A stretch of 40,891 nucleotides of DNA from Actinomycetota bacterium. GTDB taxonomy: Bacteria > Actinomycetota > Acidimicrobiia > Acidimicrobiales > JAHWKP01. The stretch covers positions 1-40,891 of the forward strand of contig JAHWKP010000001.1 in NCBI GenBank assembly GCA_019347775.1, in the 5' to 3' direction. The notes beneath the pieces were generated by a model, which was given only the letters and a program-made list of their open reading frames with translations, did not search any database and was not told the origin of the DNA. This document shows positions 1-8,855 of this stretch, in pieces. Position 1 is the first letter of the stretch. Each line of letters starts with the position of its first letter. The position numbers were made by a program, and so were the translations under genes.

Positions 1-224
1 ACTTTCGAGCCAGCATCGACGCTCGCCGACCCGTCAACGGAGCCGAAGTCGCCGGACCCGTCGCTCAATTCCACGGGCGCATCAACGACGCGGAGCGTGG
101 CCAGGGCCTCCGACTCTTCGCCTCCGAGATCCGACCAGACGGTGAAACGCAGGCCCGCCCCAATCACTGCAGCTAAGACCACGACGATGAGGACGATCCT
201 GGCCCGCGGCATCACCGAAATCAT
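1..224 (-). CDS. Partial CDS (N-terminus only, runs off the left edge); membrane-anchored or secreted protein of unknown function
   Basis: The minus-strand frame is open from ATG at 224 (alternative ATG at 212) to the window edge. It begins MISVMPRARIVLIVVVLAAVIGAGLRF, a basic N-terminus followed by a hydrophobic helix. Third codon positions are GC-rich. It is absent from the ORF track because it has no stop in the window. Confidence 0.35.
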   Translation of the reverse strand, partial: MISVMPRARIVLIVVVLAAVIGAGLRFTVWSDLGGEESEALATLRVVDAPVELSDGSGDFGSVDGSASVDAGSK

Positions 225-257
225 CGCTGATCCACTGGTGACCGTAGGTCGGAGTTC

Positions 258-1685
258 CTAGCTCTCCGGTGGGGCGGCTTTGAGGGTGGGGAAGGCGATG
301 ACGTCGCGGATGTTGGGGCTGTCGGTGATCAGCATCACCAGGCGGTCGATGCCGACCGACATGCCACCCGTTCCGGGCAGGCCGTACTCGAGCGCGCGGA
401 TGAACTCCTCGTCGATGCCCATCGCCTCTTCATCGCCGGCCGCCTTGCGGGCCGCCTGCGCCTCGAAGCGGGCCCGCTGTTCGTCCGGGTCGGTCAGCTC
501 GCTGAAGGCATTGCCCAGCTCACGGCCCGCGATAACCGGCTCGAAGCGCTCGACGAAGCCGTCCAGCTCCCGATGGTCGCGCGCCAGGGGCGAGACCTCT
601 TTCGGGTGGTCCATGACGAAGGTCGGGTCCCAAATATGCGACTCGGCCACCTGCTCGTAGAGCTCGACGATCCACTTGCCTGCGCCAGCTTCAGGGTCCG
701 GCTTCGGGGATCCAACGTGTTCCTCCACCAGAGCGCGCAACTCCTCTACCGGCGTACGCAGGTCGACCCTTACGTCGGCGTACTCCTCGATCAAATCGAG
801 CATCGAAGCCCGCCGCCACGGCGGCGTGAGGTCGAGGTCGCGTCCCTGGTAAGTGACCTTCAGCGTGCCGATGGCCGACTCCAGCGCAACGGCGACCAGG
901 TCCTCGGTCAACTTCATGACGCCGAGATAATCGGTGTAGGCCTGGTAGGCCTCGAGCATCGTGAACTCGGGCTGGTGCCGGTTGGAGATTCCCTCGTTGC
1001 GGAAGTTGCGGCCGATCTCGTAGACCCTCTCGAAGCCGCCTACCACCAGTCGCTTCAGATACAGCTCCGGAGCGATCCGCAGAGACAGCTCGCGGTCAAG
1101 AGCGTTGTGGTGAGTGAGGAAGGGCTTGGCGTAGGCGCCGCCGGCAACCTGATGCAGCATGGGCGTCTCCACTTCCATGAATCCCTGCTCGTCGAGGTAG
1201 CGGCGCATGGCCGAGATCACCCGCGTCCGGATCTGGAACGTCTTGCGAGTGTCCTCGGACACCCACAGGTCGAGCTCCCGCTGGCGGTATCGGGTGTCGG
1301 TATCGGACAATCCGTGCCACTTGTCGGGGAAGGGCCGGCGAGTCGGGGCCAGCAGCCGCCAGCTCGCGACCTTCACCGACAACTCACCCTTGCGGGTCTT
1401 CATCACCTCGCCGGAGGCGCCTACCCAGTCCCCCAGCGACAGCTTGGAGAACTCCTCGAAGTTCTCGGTGACATTGGCTGGCGCGAAGAGCTGGATGCGG
1501 CCGGTCTGGTCCGCCAGGGTGGCGAAGCAGAGCTTGCCCTGCCGGCGGATCAGCATCACCCGCCCGGCGACGGTGGCCTGACGTCCGGTCTCCTCGCCGT
1601 CACCAAGCTCAGCGAACTCCTCGTGCAAGTCGCCTGCGTTGGAGTCCTTGGGGAAGGTGTACGGAAGTTCGGGTCCGGAGCTCAC
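258..1685 (-). CDS. lysS: Lysine--tRNA ligase (class II)
   Basis: The ORF 258..1745 has an OB anticodon-binding region ([21 protein letters not shown]) and class II core motifs ([27 protein letters not shown]). I prefer the GTG start at 1685 because it overlaps the coaX TAG stop by 1 nt (TAGTG). The longest start is 1745. Confidence 0.93.
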   Translation of the reverse strand: MSSGPELPYTFPKDSNAGDLHEEFAELGDGEETGRQATVAGRVMLIRRQGKLCFATLADQTGRIQLFAPANVTENFEEFSKLSLGDWVGASGEVMKTRKGELSVKVASWRLLAPTRRPFPDKWHGLSDTDTRYRQRELDLWVSEDTRKTFQIRTRVISAMRRYLDEQGFMEVETPMLHQVAGGAYAKPFLTHHNALDRELSLRIAPELYLKRLVVGGFERVYEIGRNFRNEGISNRHQPEFTMLEAYQAYTDYLGVMKLTEDLVAVALESAIGTLKVTYQGRDLDLTPPWRRASMLDLIEEYADVRVDLRTPVEELRALVEEHVGSPKPDPEAGAGKWIVELYEQVAESHIWDPTFVMDHPKEVSPLARDHRELDGFVERFEPVIAGRELGNAFSELTDPDEQRARFEAQAARKAAGDEEAMGIDEEFIRALEYGLPGTGGMSVGIDRLVMLITDSPNIRDVIAFPTLKAAPPES

Positions 1686-2476
1686 TACTCCGCAGTCTCG
1701 CGATTTCTCCGGTACACCAAGCGCACGCCGTGAAGAGTTAGCCACGGCTCGTAGTGCTGGATGGCCTCAGAGTGCGGAACGATCAGGTTCGCCAGCCCGC
1801 CCGTGGCCACCACCGTGCACGGTTCGCCCACTTCTGCCTCCACCCGGGCGCACATCCCGTCGGCCTGGGCGGCGAAGCCGTAGACGGCCCCCGACGACAA
1901 GGTCTCGAGCGTCGATCGGCCGACCACCCGCCCAGGTGACGACAGCTCGACGCGGCGCAGACCTGCGGCCCGGCCGAACAGCGCATCGAGACTGATCTCC
2001 ACCCCGGGGCAGATGGCACCGCCCAGGTACTCGCCCTTGGCCGTGACGACCTCGAACGTTGTCGCCGTCCCGAAATCGACCACGATCGTCGGGCCTCCGT
2101 ACAGGTCGAAGGCGGCAACCGCGTCGGCGATGCGATCGGGACCGACCTCCCGCGGGTTGTCATAGAGAATCGGAATACCGCTCTTGACTCCGGGTCCCAC
2201 CGCGACTGCCTCCGTGCCCAAGTGTCTCGTCGCCAGCTCGCGGATGGCGACTGTTACGGGCGGCACAGACGAGGCGATGGCCACGCCAGTGACGACGTCG
2301 GAGAACGATCCGCCAGTCGTCTCGATCAACCCGCCGATCAAAAGCGCGTGTTCGTCCGGGGTCCTCTCCAGCACGGTCGAGACCCGCCAGTGATGGCGGG
2401 GCTCGGCCGAACCGTCCTCCTCGTCGTACAGGCCGAGGACAGTCTGGGTGTTGCCAGCATCGATGGCGAGCAGCAC
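1685..2476 (-). CDS. coaX: Type III pantothenate kinase
   Basis: The N-terminus [17 protein letters not shown] and the VDFGTATTF and GGLA motifs are typical of CoaX (ASKHA fold). The GTG start overlaps the nadC TAG stop by 1 nt. Confidence 0.9.
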   Translation of the reverse strand: MLLAIDAGNTQTVLGLYDEEDGSAEPRHHWRVSTVLERTPDEHALLIGGLIETTGGSFSDVVTGVAIASSVPPVTVAIRELATRHLGTEAVAVGPGVKSGIPILYDNPREVGPDRIADAVAAFDLYGGPTIVVDFGTATTFEVVTAKGEYLGGAICPGVEISLDALFGRAAGLRRVELSSPGRVVGRSTLETLSSGAVYGFAAQADGMCARVEAEVGEPCTVVATGGLANLIVPHSEAIQHYEPWLTLHGVRLVYRRNRETAE

Positions 2477-3348
2477 TAGAAGAACCCCTCCGAATCAGGA
2501 GCGACTCGAATCTCCATGGACAGGTCCAGCGAGGGGGCCGAGTGCGTCAGCCGCCCGATCGAAATGAAGTCAGGCCCGGCTGCGGAGTACGCGCCGACCG
2601 TCTCGAGACTCACACTGCCCGAGACCTCTATCGGGCAGCGGCCTTCGACCTTCTCGACACAGCGGGCCACTTCTTCGGGCGCCATGTTGTCGAGCATCAC
2701 CACGTCGGCCCCGGCGTCAACCGCCTCGATGACTTGCTCGAGCGCCTCACATTCGATCTCGACCTTGAGTTCGGGCCATCTCTTGCGGGCCTCGGCGACA
2801 GCCTCGGTAATCCCCATGGCCGCCAGGTGGTTGTCCTTGATGAGCACCATGTCCGAGAGCGACATCCGATGGTTGAGTCCGCCGCCGGCCCGTACTGCAG
2901 CCTTCTCCAGCTCGCGGAGCCCGGGGGTCGTCTTGCGGGTGTCGAGGATGCCGGCAGAGCCGGTGACGGCTGCCGCGTCCACGAACTTGCGAGTCTGGCT
3001 GGCGACGCCCGACAGGTGCCCCAGGAAGTTCAGTGCCGTCCGTTCAGCGGTGAGGAGCGAGCTGAGCCTCCCGCCGATCGTGGCGATTCTCTGATCTGGC
3101 TGCAGCCTGTCAGCGTCGCGCACCAGCCAGTCCACCCGAGTACTCGCGTCAACCTGACGGAAGGCCTCTTCGGCGCACGCGGTGCCGGCCAGCACCCCCT
3201 CCTGACGGGCGACGATCACAGCGCGCGCCTCTCGATCGGGGATCAGCACGGCACTGACGTCGCCATTCGGCCCCAGGTCCTCGGCCAGAGCACGCGACAC
3301 GGCGTCCCGCACCGCCTGGGTGGGCCGGTTCAGGGCCATCTCCGTCAT
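2476..3348 (-). CDS. nadC: Nicotinate-nucleotide pyrophosphorylase (quinolinate phosphoribosyltransferase)
   Basis: 290 aa. Contains TAERTALNFLGHLSGVA, TRKTTPGLR, IKDNH and MLDNM motifs characteristic of QPRTase. Its start forms an ATGA overlap with the nadB stop. Confidence 0.92.
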   Translation of the reverse strand: MTEMALNRPTQAVRDAVSRALAEDLGPNGDVSAVLIPDREARAVIVARQEGVLAGTACAEEAFRQVDASTRVDWLVRDADRLQPDQRIATIGGRLSSLLTAERTALNFLGHLSGVASQTRKFVDAAAVTGSAGILDTRKTTPGLRELEKAAVRAGGGLNHRMSLSDMVLIKDNHLAAMGITEAVAEARKRWPELKVEIECEALEQVIEAVDAGADVVMLDNMAPEEVARCVEKVEGRCPIEVSGSVSLETVGAYSAAGPDFISIGRLTHSAPSLDLSMEIRVAPDSEGFF

Positions 3349-4967
3349 CGGATCACGATTCGGTGTGCGAACTCCCCCGACTTCTCAGGAAAGTCCGTAC
3401 GAGCGTGTGCCCCGCGGCTCTCTTCCCGCGCCATGGCGGCACCGATGAGAGCGCCCGCGACAGTGACCAGATTGGACAACTCCTGTGATCCTGGCCCCGG
3501 CTGCAGGCTGGCGGATCCGATGTCGGCGACTTCACTGGCGACGCGCTGCAGGGACTCAGCGCTACGCAATACGCCTGCGTCGGCGGTCATGGCCCGCTGC
3601 AGCTGGTCTCGCAGCTTCTCGACATCCTCACCGCCTTGGCCAGGGTGACGGCCCTCACCAGTGCGCTCGCCACTCGGCGCCGCGTTAGGGAGGCTGAGCA
3701 CGGTCGCTCCCTTCGGTGGTTCGAGAACTGCGCGCATGGCGCCGGTCGGCGACGGCCCGTCCCGTCCGTGCTCGATCGCCTCGACTACACGGGGCGAAAA
3801 CACCATCCCCTCCAGCAACGAGTTCGAGGCAAGTCGGTTGGCGCCGTGCACTCCCGTGCAGGCCGCTTCCCCGGCCGCCCACAGCCCAGCCATGGTGGTG
3901 GCGCCATCGAGATCGGTGACCACGCCACCTGAGAGGTAATGCGCGGCCGGCGCGATAGGGAGCCACTCCAAGGCCGGATCGAGACCGACCTCCCGCAGTG
4001 AAGCGGCGATCGTTGGAAAGCGCCGATCGAAGTCCTCCAGCGCAGTGGCGTCGAGCCACAAGTGGTCGACACCTTGGTCAGCCATGCGTGCCGTCATGGC
4101 TCGGCTGACGCGGTCCCGCGGGAGCAGTTCGTCGACGAAGCGTTCGCCCGCGGCATCTCGCAGCACCGCTCCGTGTCCCCGGAGCGCCTCGGACAACAGC
4201 GGCCGCGGCATGGCGGGATGGTGCAGTGCCGTGGGATGGAACTGGAAGAACTCCACGTCGGCGACCGCGGCACCGGCGCGAATGGCCATGGCGATGGCAT
4301 CGCCCGTCGCCTGACGTGGGTTCGTGGTCACCGCGAACAGCTGGCCCGCTCCGCCGGTAGCCAGTACGGTGTGGGCGGCGTGCACCGTGGCCGAGGTGCC
4401 GTCGGGGCGCATCGCCTTTATGCCCAAGCACCGGCCTGCTTCGATCACCAAGTCGGTGGCGAACCAGCCTTCCCAAACGGCGGCGGCGGTTTCCCGGACG
4501 GCCTCGACCAACGCCCGCTCGATCTCGGCGCCGGTGGCCGCTCCGCCGGCGTGCACGACCCGCGCATGCGTATGTCCACCTTCCCGCGCCAGCGACAGTC
4601 CCCCCGCCGCGTCGCGGTCGAATTCCGCGCCGAGCGTGATCAGCTCCTGTACCCGCGCCGGTCCTTCCTCGACCAGAACCCTCACCGCGTCGAGGTCGCA
4701 CAGCCCGTCGCCGGCGCCCAGGGTGTCCGCCAAGTGTTGGTCCGTCGAGTCCTCGTCCCCGCCGAGAACCGCCGCCACGCCCCCCTGCGCCCAACGGGTC
4801 GCCGACTGCGACAGCTCCGCCTTGGTCATCACACCTACCCGCATGCCACGGGCCGCGGCCTGGATCGCGGCAGAGAGCCCGGCGACGCCGCTGCCGAGGA
4901 TGAGGACGTCGAGTGATTCGGTCTCGCTGTCAGCGGGACCGGACGCGGCCCCTGGTGCCGCGTCCAC
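3345..4967 (-). CDS. nadB: L-aspartate oxidase
   Basis: 540 aa. Has an FAD dinucleotide-binding N-terminus (DVLILGSGVAGLSAA) and RWAQGG, HPTAL and GLWAAGEAACTGVHGANRLASNSLLE motifs of the succinate dehydrogenase/NadB flavoprotein family. Confidence 0.92.
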   Translation of the reverse strand: MDAAPGAASGPADSETESLDVLILGSGVAGLSAAIQAAARGMRVGVMTKAELSQSATRWAQGGVAAVLGGDEDSTDQHLADTLGAGDGLCDLDAVRVLVEEGPARVQELITLGAEFDRDAAGGLSLAREGGHTHARVVHAGGAATGAEIERALVEAVRETAAAVWEGWFATDLVIEAGRCLGIKAMRPDGTSATVHAAHTVLATGGAGQLFAVTTNPRQATGDAIAMAIRAGAAVADVEFFQFHPTALHHPAMPRPLLSEALRGHGAVLRDAAGERFVDELLPRDRVSRAMTARMADQGVDHLWLDATALEDFDRRFPTIAASLREVGLDPALEWLPIAPAAHYLSGGVVTDLDGATTMAGLWAAGEAACTGVHGANRLASNSLLEGMVFSPRVVEAIEHGRDGPSPTGAMRAVLEPPKGATVLSLPNAAPSGERTGEGRHPGQGGEDVEKLRDQLQRAMTADAGVLRSAESLQRVASEVADIGSASLQPGPGSQELSNLVTVAGALIGAAMAREESRGAHARTDFPEKSGEFAHRIVIR

Positions 4968-5336
4968 CTATCTGGCTATGTGGAGATCGGGGTGCCCGAC
5001 CGGGCGGTTGCGCTCGTCTACCAACACGATGGCCGGACGGAAATCGGCCAGCTCCTCCTCGTCGACCTCGGCATAGGCCATCACGATGATGCGGTCTCCT
5101 GGATGAACCAGCCGTGCCGCCGCCCCATTCATACAAATCTGACCGGGTCCGCCCACAATGACATAGGTCTCGAGCCGAGCCCCGTTGTCGATGTCGACGA
5201 CCTGCACCTTCTCGTACTCCCGAAGGTCGGCCAACCGCATGAGGTCGGCGTCGATCGTTATCGAACCCACGTAGTGCAGTTCCGCCTCGGTCACCGTGGC
5301 ACGGTGGATCTTGGACTTGAGCATGTGGCGTCGCAT
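4968..5336 (-). CDS. panD: Aspartate 1-decarboxylase
   Basis: 122 aa. [25 protein letters not shown] includes the G-S self-processing site context. Size and sequence are typical of PanD. Confidence 0.95.
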   Translation of the reverse strand: MRRHMLKSKIHRATVTEAELHYVGSITIDADLMRLADLREYEKVQVVDIDNGARLETYVIVGGPGQICMNGAAARLVHPGDRIIVMAYAEVDEEELADFRPAIVLVDERNRPVGHPDLHIAR

Positions 5337-6913
5337 CAGATGGTCACTCCAATGTTGTCTATGAGGCGGGCGCGGCCGAGTCGAGCGGCCACGAGCAGGC
5401 GGACCTCGTCGTGAAGTCGCGCAGGAACAGAAAGGTCGGCCGCGTGGACGGCCACGGCGTAGTCGAGTTCGAAGGCGGGCTCCTGGGAGATGAGGTCGGT
5501 CATAACGCCCGACACCCGAGCGGGGTCTCGTTCACCGTCCGCGATGGCGCCGGCTCCGGCAAGCAGGGCCTGGTGCAGCTTCGGCGCGACCTCGCGTTCT
5601 GCCGCCGAGAGGTAGGCGTTGCGACTCGACATGGCCAGACCGTCCTCCTCGCGGACCGTCGGGCATCCGAGTACGGCGACCGGCAGCGCGAGGTCGGAGG
5701 CGAGCCGCTGGATGACGAGCAGCTGCTGGTAGTCCTTCTCGCCGAAATAGGCCTGGCACTCACCCGCTATTGCGAAGAGCTTGGCGACCACGGTGGCCAC
5801 GCCGTCGAAGTGCCCCGGGCGCGATGCACCGTCGAGGACCTCTCCGACCGCGCCTGCCGCGACAGTCGTCGTCGGGGCGCCCTGCGGCCACATCTCCTCT
5901 TGGGCCGGAACGAACAGGTGGTGGGCCCCGGCCTCCCCCGCGATGCGACGGTCGCGGTCGAGGTCTCTGGGATAGGAGCCGAGGTCCTCCGACGCCGAGA
6001 ACTGCAAGGGGTTGACGAACACCGTCACCGCCACCACGTCACACTCCGCCGCCGCGCGTCGGATGAGACTGGCATGGCCATCGTGCAGATAACCCATGGT
6101 CGGAACGAGGCCAACCTTCCGGCCGGCGCTGCGCTCGGCTTGTAGCGCCTTGCGGAAGCCTTCAACTGATACATGCTCGAGCATGTTCACGTCCGCGCGT
6201 GGGACGTTCGAGCCCGCCAGCAGCACGGCCGAGGCCGACATGGCCTCGTAGGCGGGCCGCTCGGGCTCCGGAAGAGCACTCAGGTGGGCGGCGACGGTGT
6301 CCCAGTCACCACGGCGCACCGGACCGGTCAGAGCAGCGGCGGGACCCAACTCGGCGACGTTCTCGATCGTGGCGCGGACGAGACCGAGGTAGGCCTCGAA
6401 CGGAACTCCAGCGTCAGCCGCAATGCGCTCGACTTGGCCAAGCAGGGCGGCGAGATGACTCGCGGCCACCGTGGCGGCGGCGTGATAGCCCACCCGGCTG
6501 TCGTCGGAGACCTCGAAGGCCTTGCCGCCGAGGTCGTCCACGACCTGGCGGATGAAGGGGTCACCGGCGACTGCGAACCAGGCGCCCCCCGACAAGCGAC
6601 GTGCACCGGTAGCGGGGTCCGGTAGCGACACGAGTGGATGGAGCGCAGCCCGCCTCGGATGAGGCACGAGCACATCGGGACCGACCGAACCCGAGAGATG
6701 GGCGATCACCGCTTGGGCATCCGGTGAAATCCGGGCAGCCACAGCCTCGATGGCGGCGTCCGGCGTGGCGATGACGAGCAGGTCGACGCCAGCCGCAGCC
6801 TTCGAGAGGTCGTCGTCCCGACCGAGCGGAGCGAGCATGACCCATCCCGCTTCCTCGAGGGCCCGGTGCAGAGAGCCGCCGGCGCGGCCATGCCCGATGA
6901 CGCGCGCCGTCAT
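5336..6913 (-). CDS. panC: Fusion protein: N-terminal Rossmann/DUF2520-like putative oxidoreductase domain plus C-terminal pantoate--beta-alanine ligase
   Basis: The ORF track gives 5336..7177, but the first 88 codons are Arg/Pro/Trp-rich junk that runs into folK. ATG at 6913 gives [14 protein letters not shown] (GxGxxG). About 245 aa of Rossmann plus helical domain follow, then PanC with [13 protein letters not shown] and later conserved blocks. Confidence 0.85.
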   Translation of the reverse strand: MTARVIGHGRAGGSLHRALEEAGWVMLAPLGRDDDLSKAAAGVDLLVIATPDAAIEAVAARISPDAQAVIAHLSGSVGPDVLVPHPRRAALHPLVSLPDPATGARRLSGGAWFAVAGDPFIRQVVDDLGGKAFEVSDDSRVGYHAAATVAASHLAALLGQVERIAADAGVPFEAYLGLVRATIENVAELGPAAALTGPVRRGDWDTVAAHLSALPEPERPAYEAMSASAVLLAGSNVPRADVNMLEHVSVEGFRKALQAERSAGRKVGLVPTMGYLHDGHASLIRRAAAECDVVAVTVFVNPLQFSASEDLGSYPRDLDRDRRIAGEAGAHHLFVPAQEEMWPQGAPTTTVAAGAVGEVLDGASRPGHFDGVATVVAKLFAIAGECQAYFGEKDYQQLLVIQRLASDLALPVAVLGCPTVREEDGLAMSSRNAYLSAAEREVAPKLHQALLAGAGAIADGERDPARVSGVMTDLISQEPAFELDYAVAVHAADLSVPARLHDEVRLLVAARLGRARLIDNIGVTI

Positions 6914-6995
6914 TGCTCGGGACTCGCGCGCTGATGTCGGCACTGCCAACCTCGTTTCAGTCGTTCCGGCCCCGGTTTTCGGGTGCCGTTCGGCC

Positions 6996-7472
6996 CTATA
7001 AGGATAGATCGGTTCGGCGTCGTACCTGGGTGCGGGCCCACTCGGTCTGCTCGACCGGCACCAGGGATGGATCCAGGTCGGCCAGAGGAGCCAGGACGAA
7101 GGCCCGTTCGCCCATCCGTGGGTGCGGCACCTGCAGGTCGGCTTCGTCGACGATGAGGTCGTCGACCAGCAGGACATCCACGTCGAGTGTTCTCGGGCCC
7201 CACCGCTCGCGGCGCACGCGGCCGGCGTCGTCCTCCAGGTTGTGCGCGACCTGGAGAAGTTGGCGGGGAGAAAGCTCGGTGTCGATGGCGACGACGGCGT
7301 TGAGGTAGTCCGGCTGAGGGGGCCCTCCAGCTGGGGCGCTCTCGTATACCGGCGACACCCTCACGACATTCGGCAGTCCGGCTAAGGCGCGTCTGAGATG
7401 AGCCTCCCTGTCGCCCAGGTTTGATCCCAGCCCCAAGTACGCCCTCATAGGTTGCCGGTGCCCGTCACCCAT
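6996..7472 (-). CDS. folK: 2-amino-4-hydroxy-6-hydroxymethyldihydropteridine pyrophosphokinase
   Basis: AYLGLGSNLGDR, PRTLDVDVL and HPRM motifs are present. The start may instead be the internal ATG at 7448. Confidence 0.9.
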   Translation of the reverse strand: MGDGHRQPMRAYLGLGSNLGDREAHLRRALAGLPNVVRVSPVYESAPAGGPPQPDYLNAVVAIDTELSPRQLLQVAHNLEDDAGRVRRERWGPRTLDVDVLLVDDLIVDEADLQVPHPRMGERAFVLAPLADLDPSLVPVEQTEWARTQVRRRTDLSL

Positions 7473-7479
7473 ACGCGCA

Positions 7480-7833
7480 TCAGCGGGTAATGGTCACCCC
7501 GGCGCTGTCGAGGTGTGCGGCCACGGGAGGCCTCAGCTTGCGCAATGACACCGTGACCTTCTCGACGCGGGCGTCGGACTTGGCGACCTCCGCGATGCGT
7601 TCGGCCAGGATCTCGATGAGATCAAACGACTCGCCTTCGATGAGATCGACGATCCGTACCGACAGAGGTCCGTAGTCAATCGTGTCCTCTATGTCGTCGC
7701 TGCGGGCCGCTGCCGACAGATCCAGGTACAGGTCGAGGTCGACCTCGAACGGTTGCGCCGAGTCCTTCTCACCGGGCGCCAACCCATGCTTACCGAGCGC
7801 CCTGAGGCCCCTCAAGTTGATGAGGTCGCTCAC
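7480..7833 (-). CDS. folB: Dihydroneopterin aldolase
   Basis: 117 aa. IxLRGLRALGKHGLxxxEKxxAQPFEVDLDL and TIDYG motifs are present. The GTG start forms a GTGA overlap with the upstream gene's stop. Confidence 0.9.
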   Translation of the reverse strand: MSDLINLRGLRALGKHGLAPGEKDSAQPFEVDLDLYLDLSAAARSDDIEDTIDYGPLSVRIVDLIEGESFDLIEILAERIAEVAKSDARVEKVTVSLRKLRPPVAAHLDSAGVTITR

Positions 7834-8855
7834 TTCGGTTTCTTGGCGGCCTTTTTGACGGCCTTCTTAGCCGTGGCCTTCTTGCCGGCCGTGGCCTTCT
7901 TGCCGGCCGTGCCCTTCTTGCCGGCCGTGCCCTTCTTGGCGGCAGATTTCTTGGTCGCCGTCGCCTTCTTCGCTGAAGTCTTCTTCGCTGGAGCCTTCTT
8001 CGCAGCTTTCTTCTTGCGGGCTGCCGTCTTCTTCGCAGCCAACTTCTTGGCAGCGGCTTTCTTGTTTGCGGCCTCCTTCTTGGCGGCCTCCTTCTTGGCC
8101 GCGATCCGGCCGGCCGCCTTCTTCGCCCGCGCCTGCTTGGCGGCGTTCTTCTTGGCGAGAGCCTTCTTGGCCGCGATCTTGGCGGCCGTCTTGGCGGGAC
8201 GCTTCTTCGCCGCGGCCTTCTTCACCGTCGCCGAACGGGCCTTGGCCTTTTCTCTCAGGGACAGCGGCCGGCGCACCCTGCGCGTCGGGGGAGGCAGCGG
8301 CCCCAGGTCGACCACCGGAGCGTCTACCGGTTCCACCGCAGATCCCTCGACGCGGGCCGCCATTGCGACCAACTCTCTGCCCGGCGATCCCATCTGACGC
8401 GCCAGCAACTGTTCGACGACGTTGATGGCCTGCATGACATTGGGCAGCATCCCGGTCCAGAGCAGATAGCCGCCGATGACTCCCATCACCCGGTCGCTTA
8501 CTTCCTCCTGGTGAATCAGCAGCTTCTCGCCGCGTCCCATCCATTCCTTGAGCTTCGGGTACAGCTCGCCCAGAACGTTGATCGGATCGGCGTGCGGCCC
8601 GAAGGGGACGTGCACGGAGGCGAGCTCATGCTCGGAATAAGCATGGAGATTGTGTGGGGAAGGAAGCAGCGAGACGATCCGGTTGAAGCCCTCCTGCTTT
8701 AGCCAGATGATCTCCTCCATCCGTCGCACCGGTCGGTGGTTGCCGCCGTGCCCACCGGGACGCTCGGCTACTGCGAGCTTCCCCTTGATGACCCAGGCGA
8801 AGTTCCGCGGAATGATGCCCGCCGCCCACTTGCCTCGCATCGGACTGTTCAGCAT
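7830..8855 (-). CDS. PTP/DSP-fold protein lacking the catalytic Cys (HQx5R instead of HCx5R), fused to a ~140-aa Lys/Ala-rich histone-H1-like tail
   Basis: I trimmed ORF 7830..9161 to ATG 8855, which forms an ATGA overlap with the folP stop. Residues 1-170 align by eye with small archaeal/bacterial PTP/DSP domains: NFAWVIKGKLAV; EIIWLKQEGFNRIVSLL; VHVPFGPHADP; LLIHQEEVSDRVMGVIGGYLL. Codons at 8508-8513 read CAC CAG, giving His-Gln. Residues ~201-341 are AAKK/AKKA repeats. Confidence 0.7.
   Translation of the reverse strand: MLNSPMRGKWAAGIIPRNFAWVIKGKLAVAERPGGHGGNHRPVRRMEEIIWLKQEGFNRIVSLLPSPHNLHAYSEHELASVHVPFGPHADPINVLGELYPKLKEWMGRGEKLLIHQEEVSDRVMGVIGGYLLWTGMLPNVMQAINVVEQLLARQMGSPGRELVAMAARVEGSAVEPVDAPVVDLGPLPPPTRRVRRPLSLREKAKARSATVKKAAAKKRPAKTAAKIAAKKALAKKNAAKQARAKKAAGRIAAKKEAAKKEAANKKAAAKKLAAKKTAARKKKAAKKAPAKKTSAKKATATKKSAAKKGTAGKKGTAGKKATAGKKATAKKAVKKAAKKPK
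7871..7942 (-). repeat. Four tandem 18-bp coding repeats (ccgtggccttcttgccgg type) inside the Lys/Ala tail
   Basis: Read directly from the sequence. Units 1 and 2 are identical, unit 3 differs from them at one base, and unit 4 from unit 3 at one more. They encode (T/A)AGKKG/A hexapeptide repeats. Confidence 0.85.

Noticed and set aside
573-1733. Long antisense ORFs opposite well-supported genes: 573..1733(+), 13065..14387(+), 19162..20403(+), 20446..21768(+), 22534..23850(+), 32453..33631(+), 34907..35770(+) and many shorter ones.
   Set aside because: They are Arg/Pro/Gly/His-rich with no recognisable motifs. Each lies fully inside a gene with strong family signatures on the other strand. 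This is the usual stop-codon-poor artefact of high-GC DNA.
6914-7177. N-terminal extensions of tracked ORFs: 5336..7177, 7830..9161, 12375..13328, 16128..17228, 17186..17911, 19252..22176, 22083..22835, 27794..29260, 30516..32285, 32450..33709 and 34604..35731.
   Set aside because: The extra residues are Arg/Pro/Ser junk overlapping the upstream gene in another frame. Internal starts coincide with stop/start overlaps (ATGA, GTGA) or SD sequences and with the beginning of recognisable domains or signal peptides.
7753-8397. A 214-aa Phe/Ala/Leu-rich ORF on the plus strand that looks like a polytopic membrane protein.
   Set aside because: It is the reverse-complement reading of the AAKK repeat tail (GCC/AAG codons read as GGC/CTT-type codons). 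The Lys/Ala reading is continuous with a folded domain and is operon-coupled.
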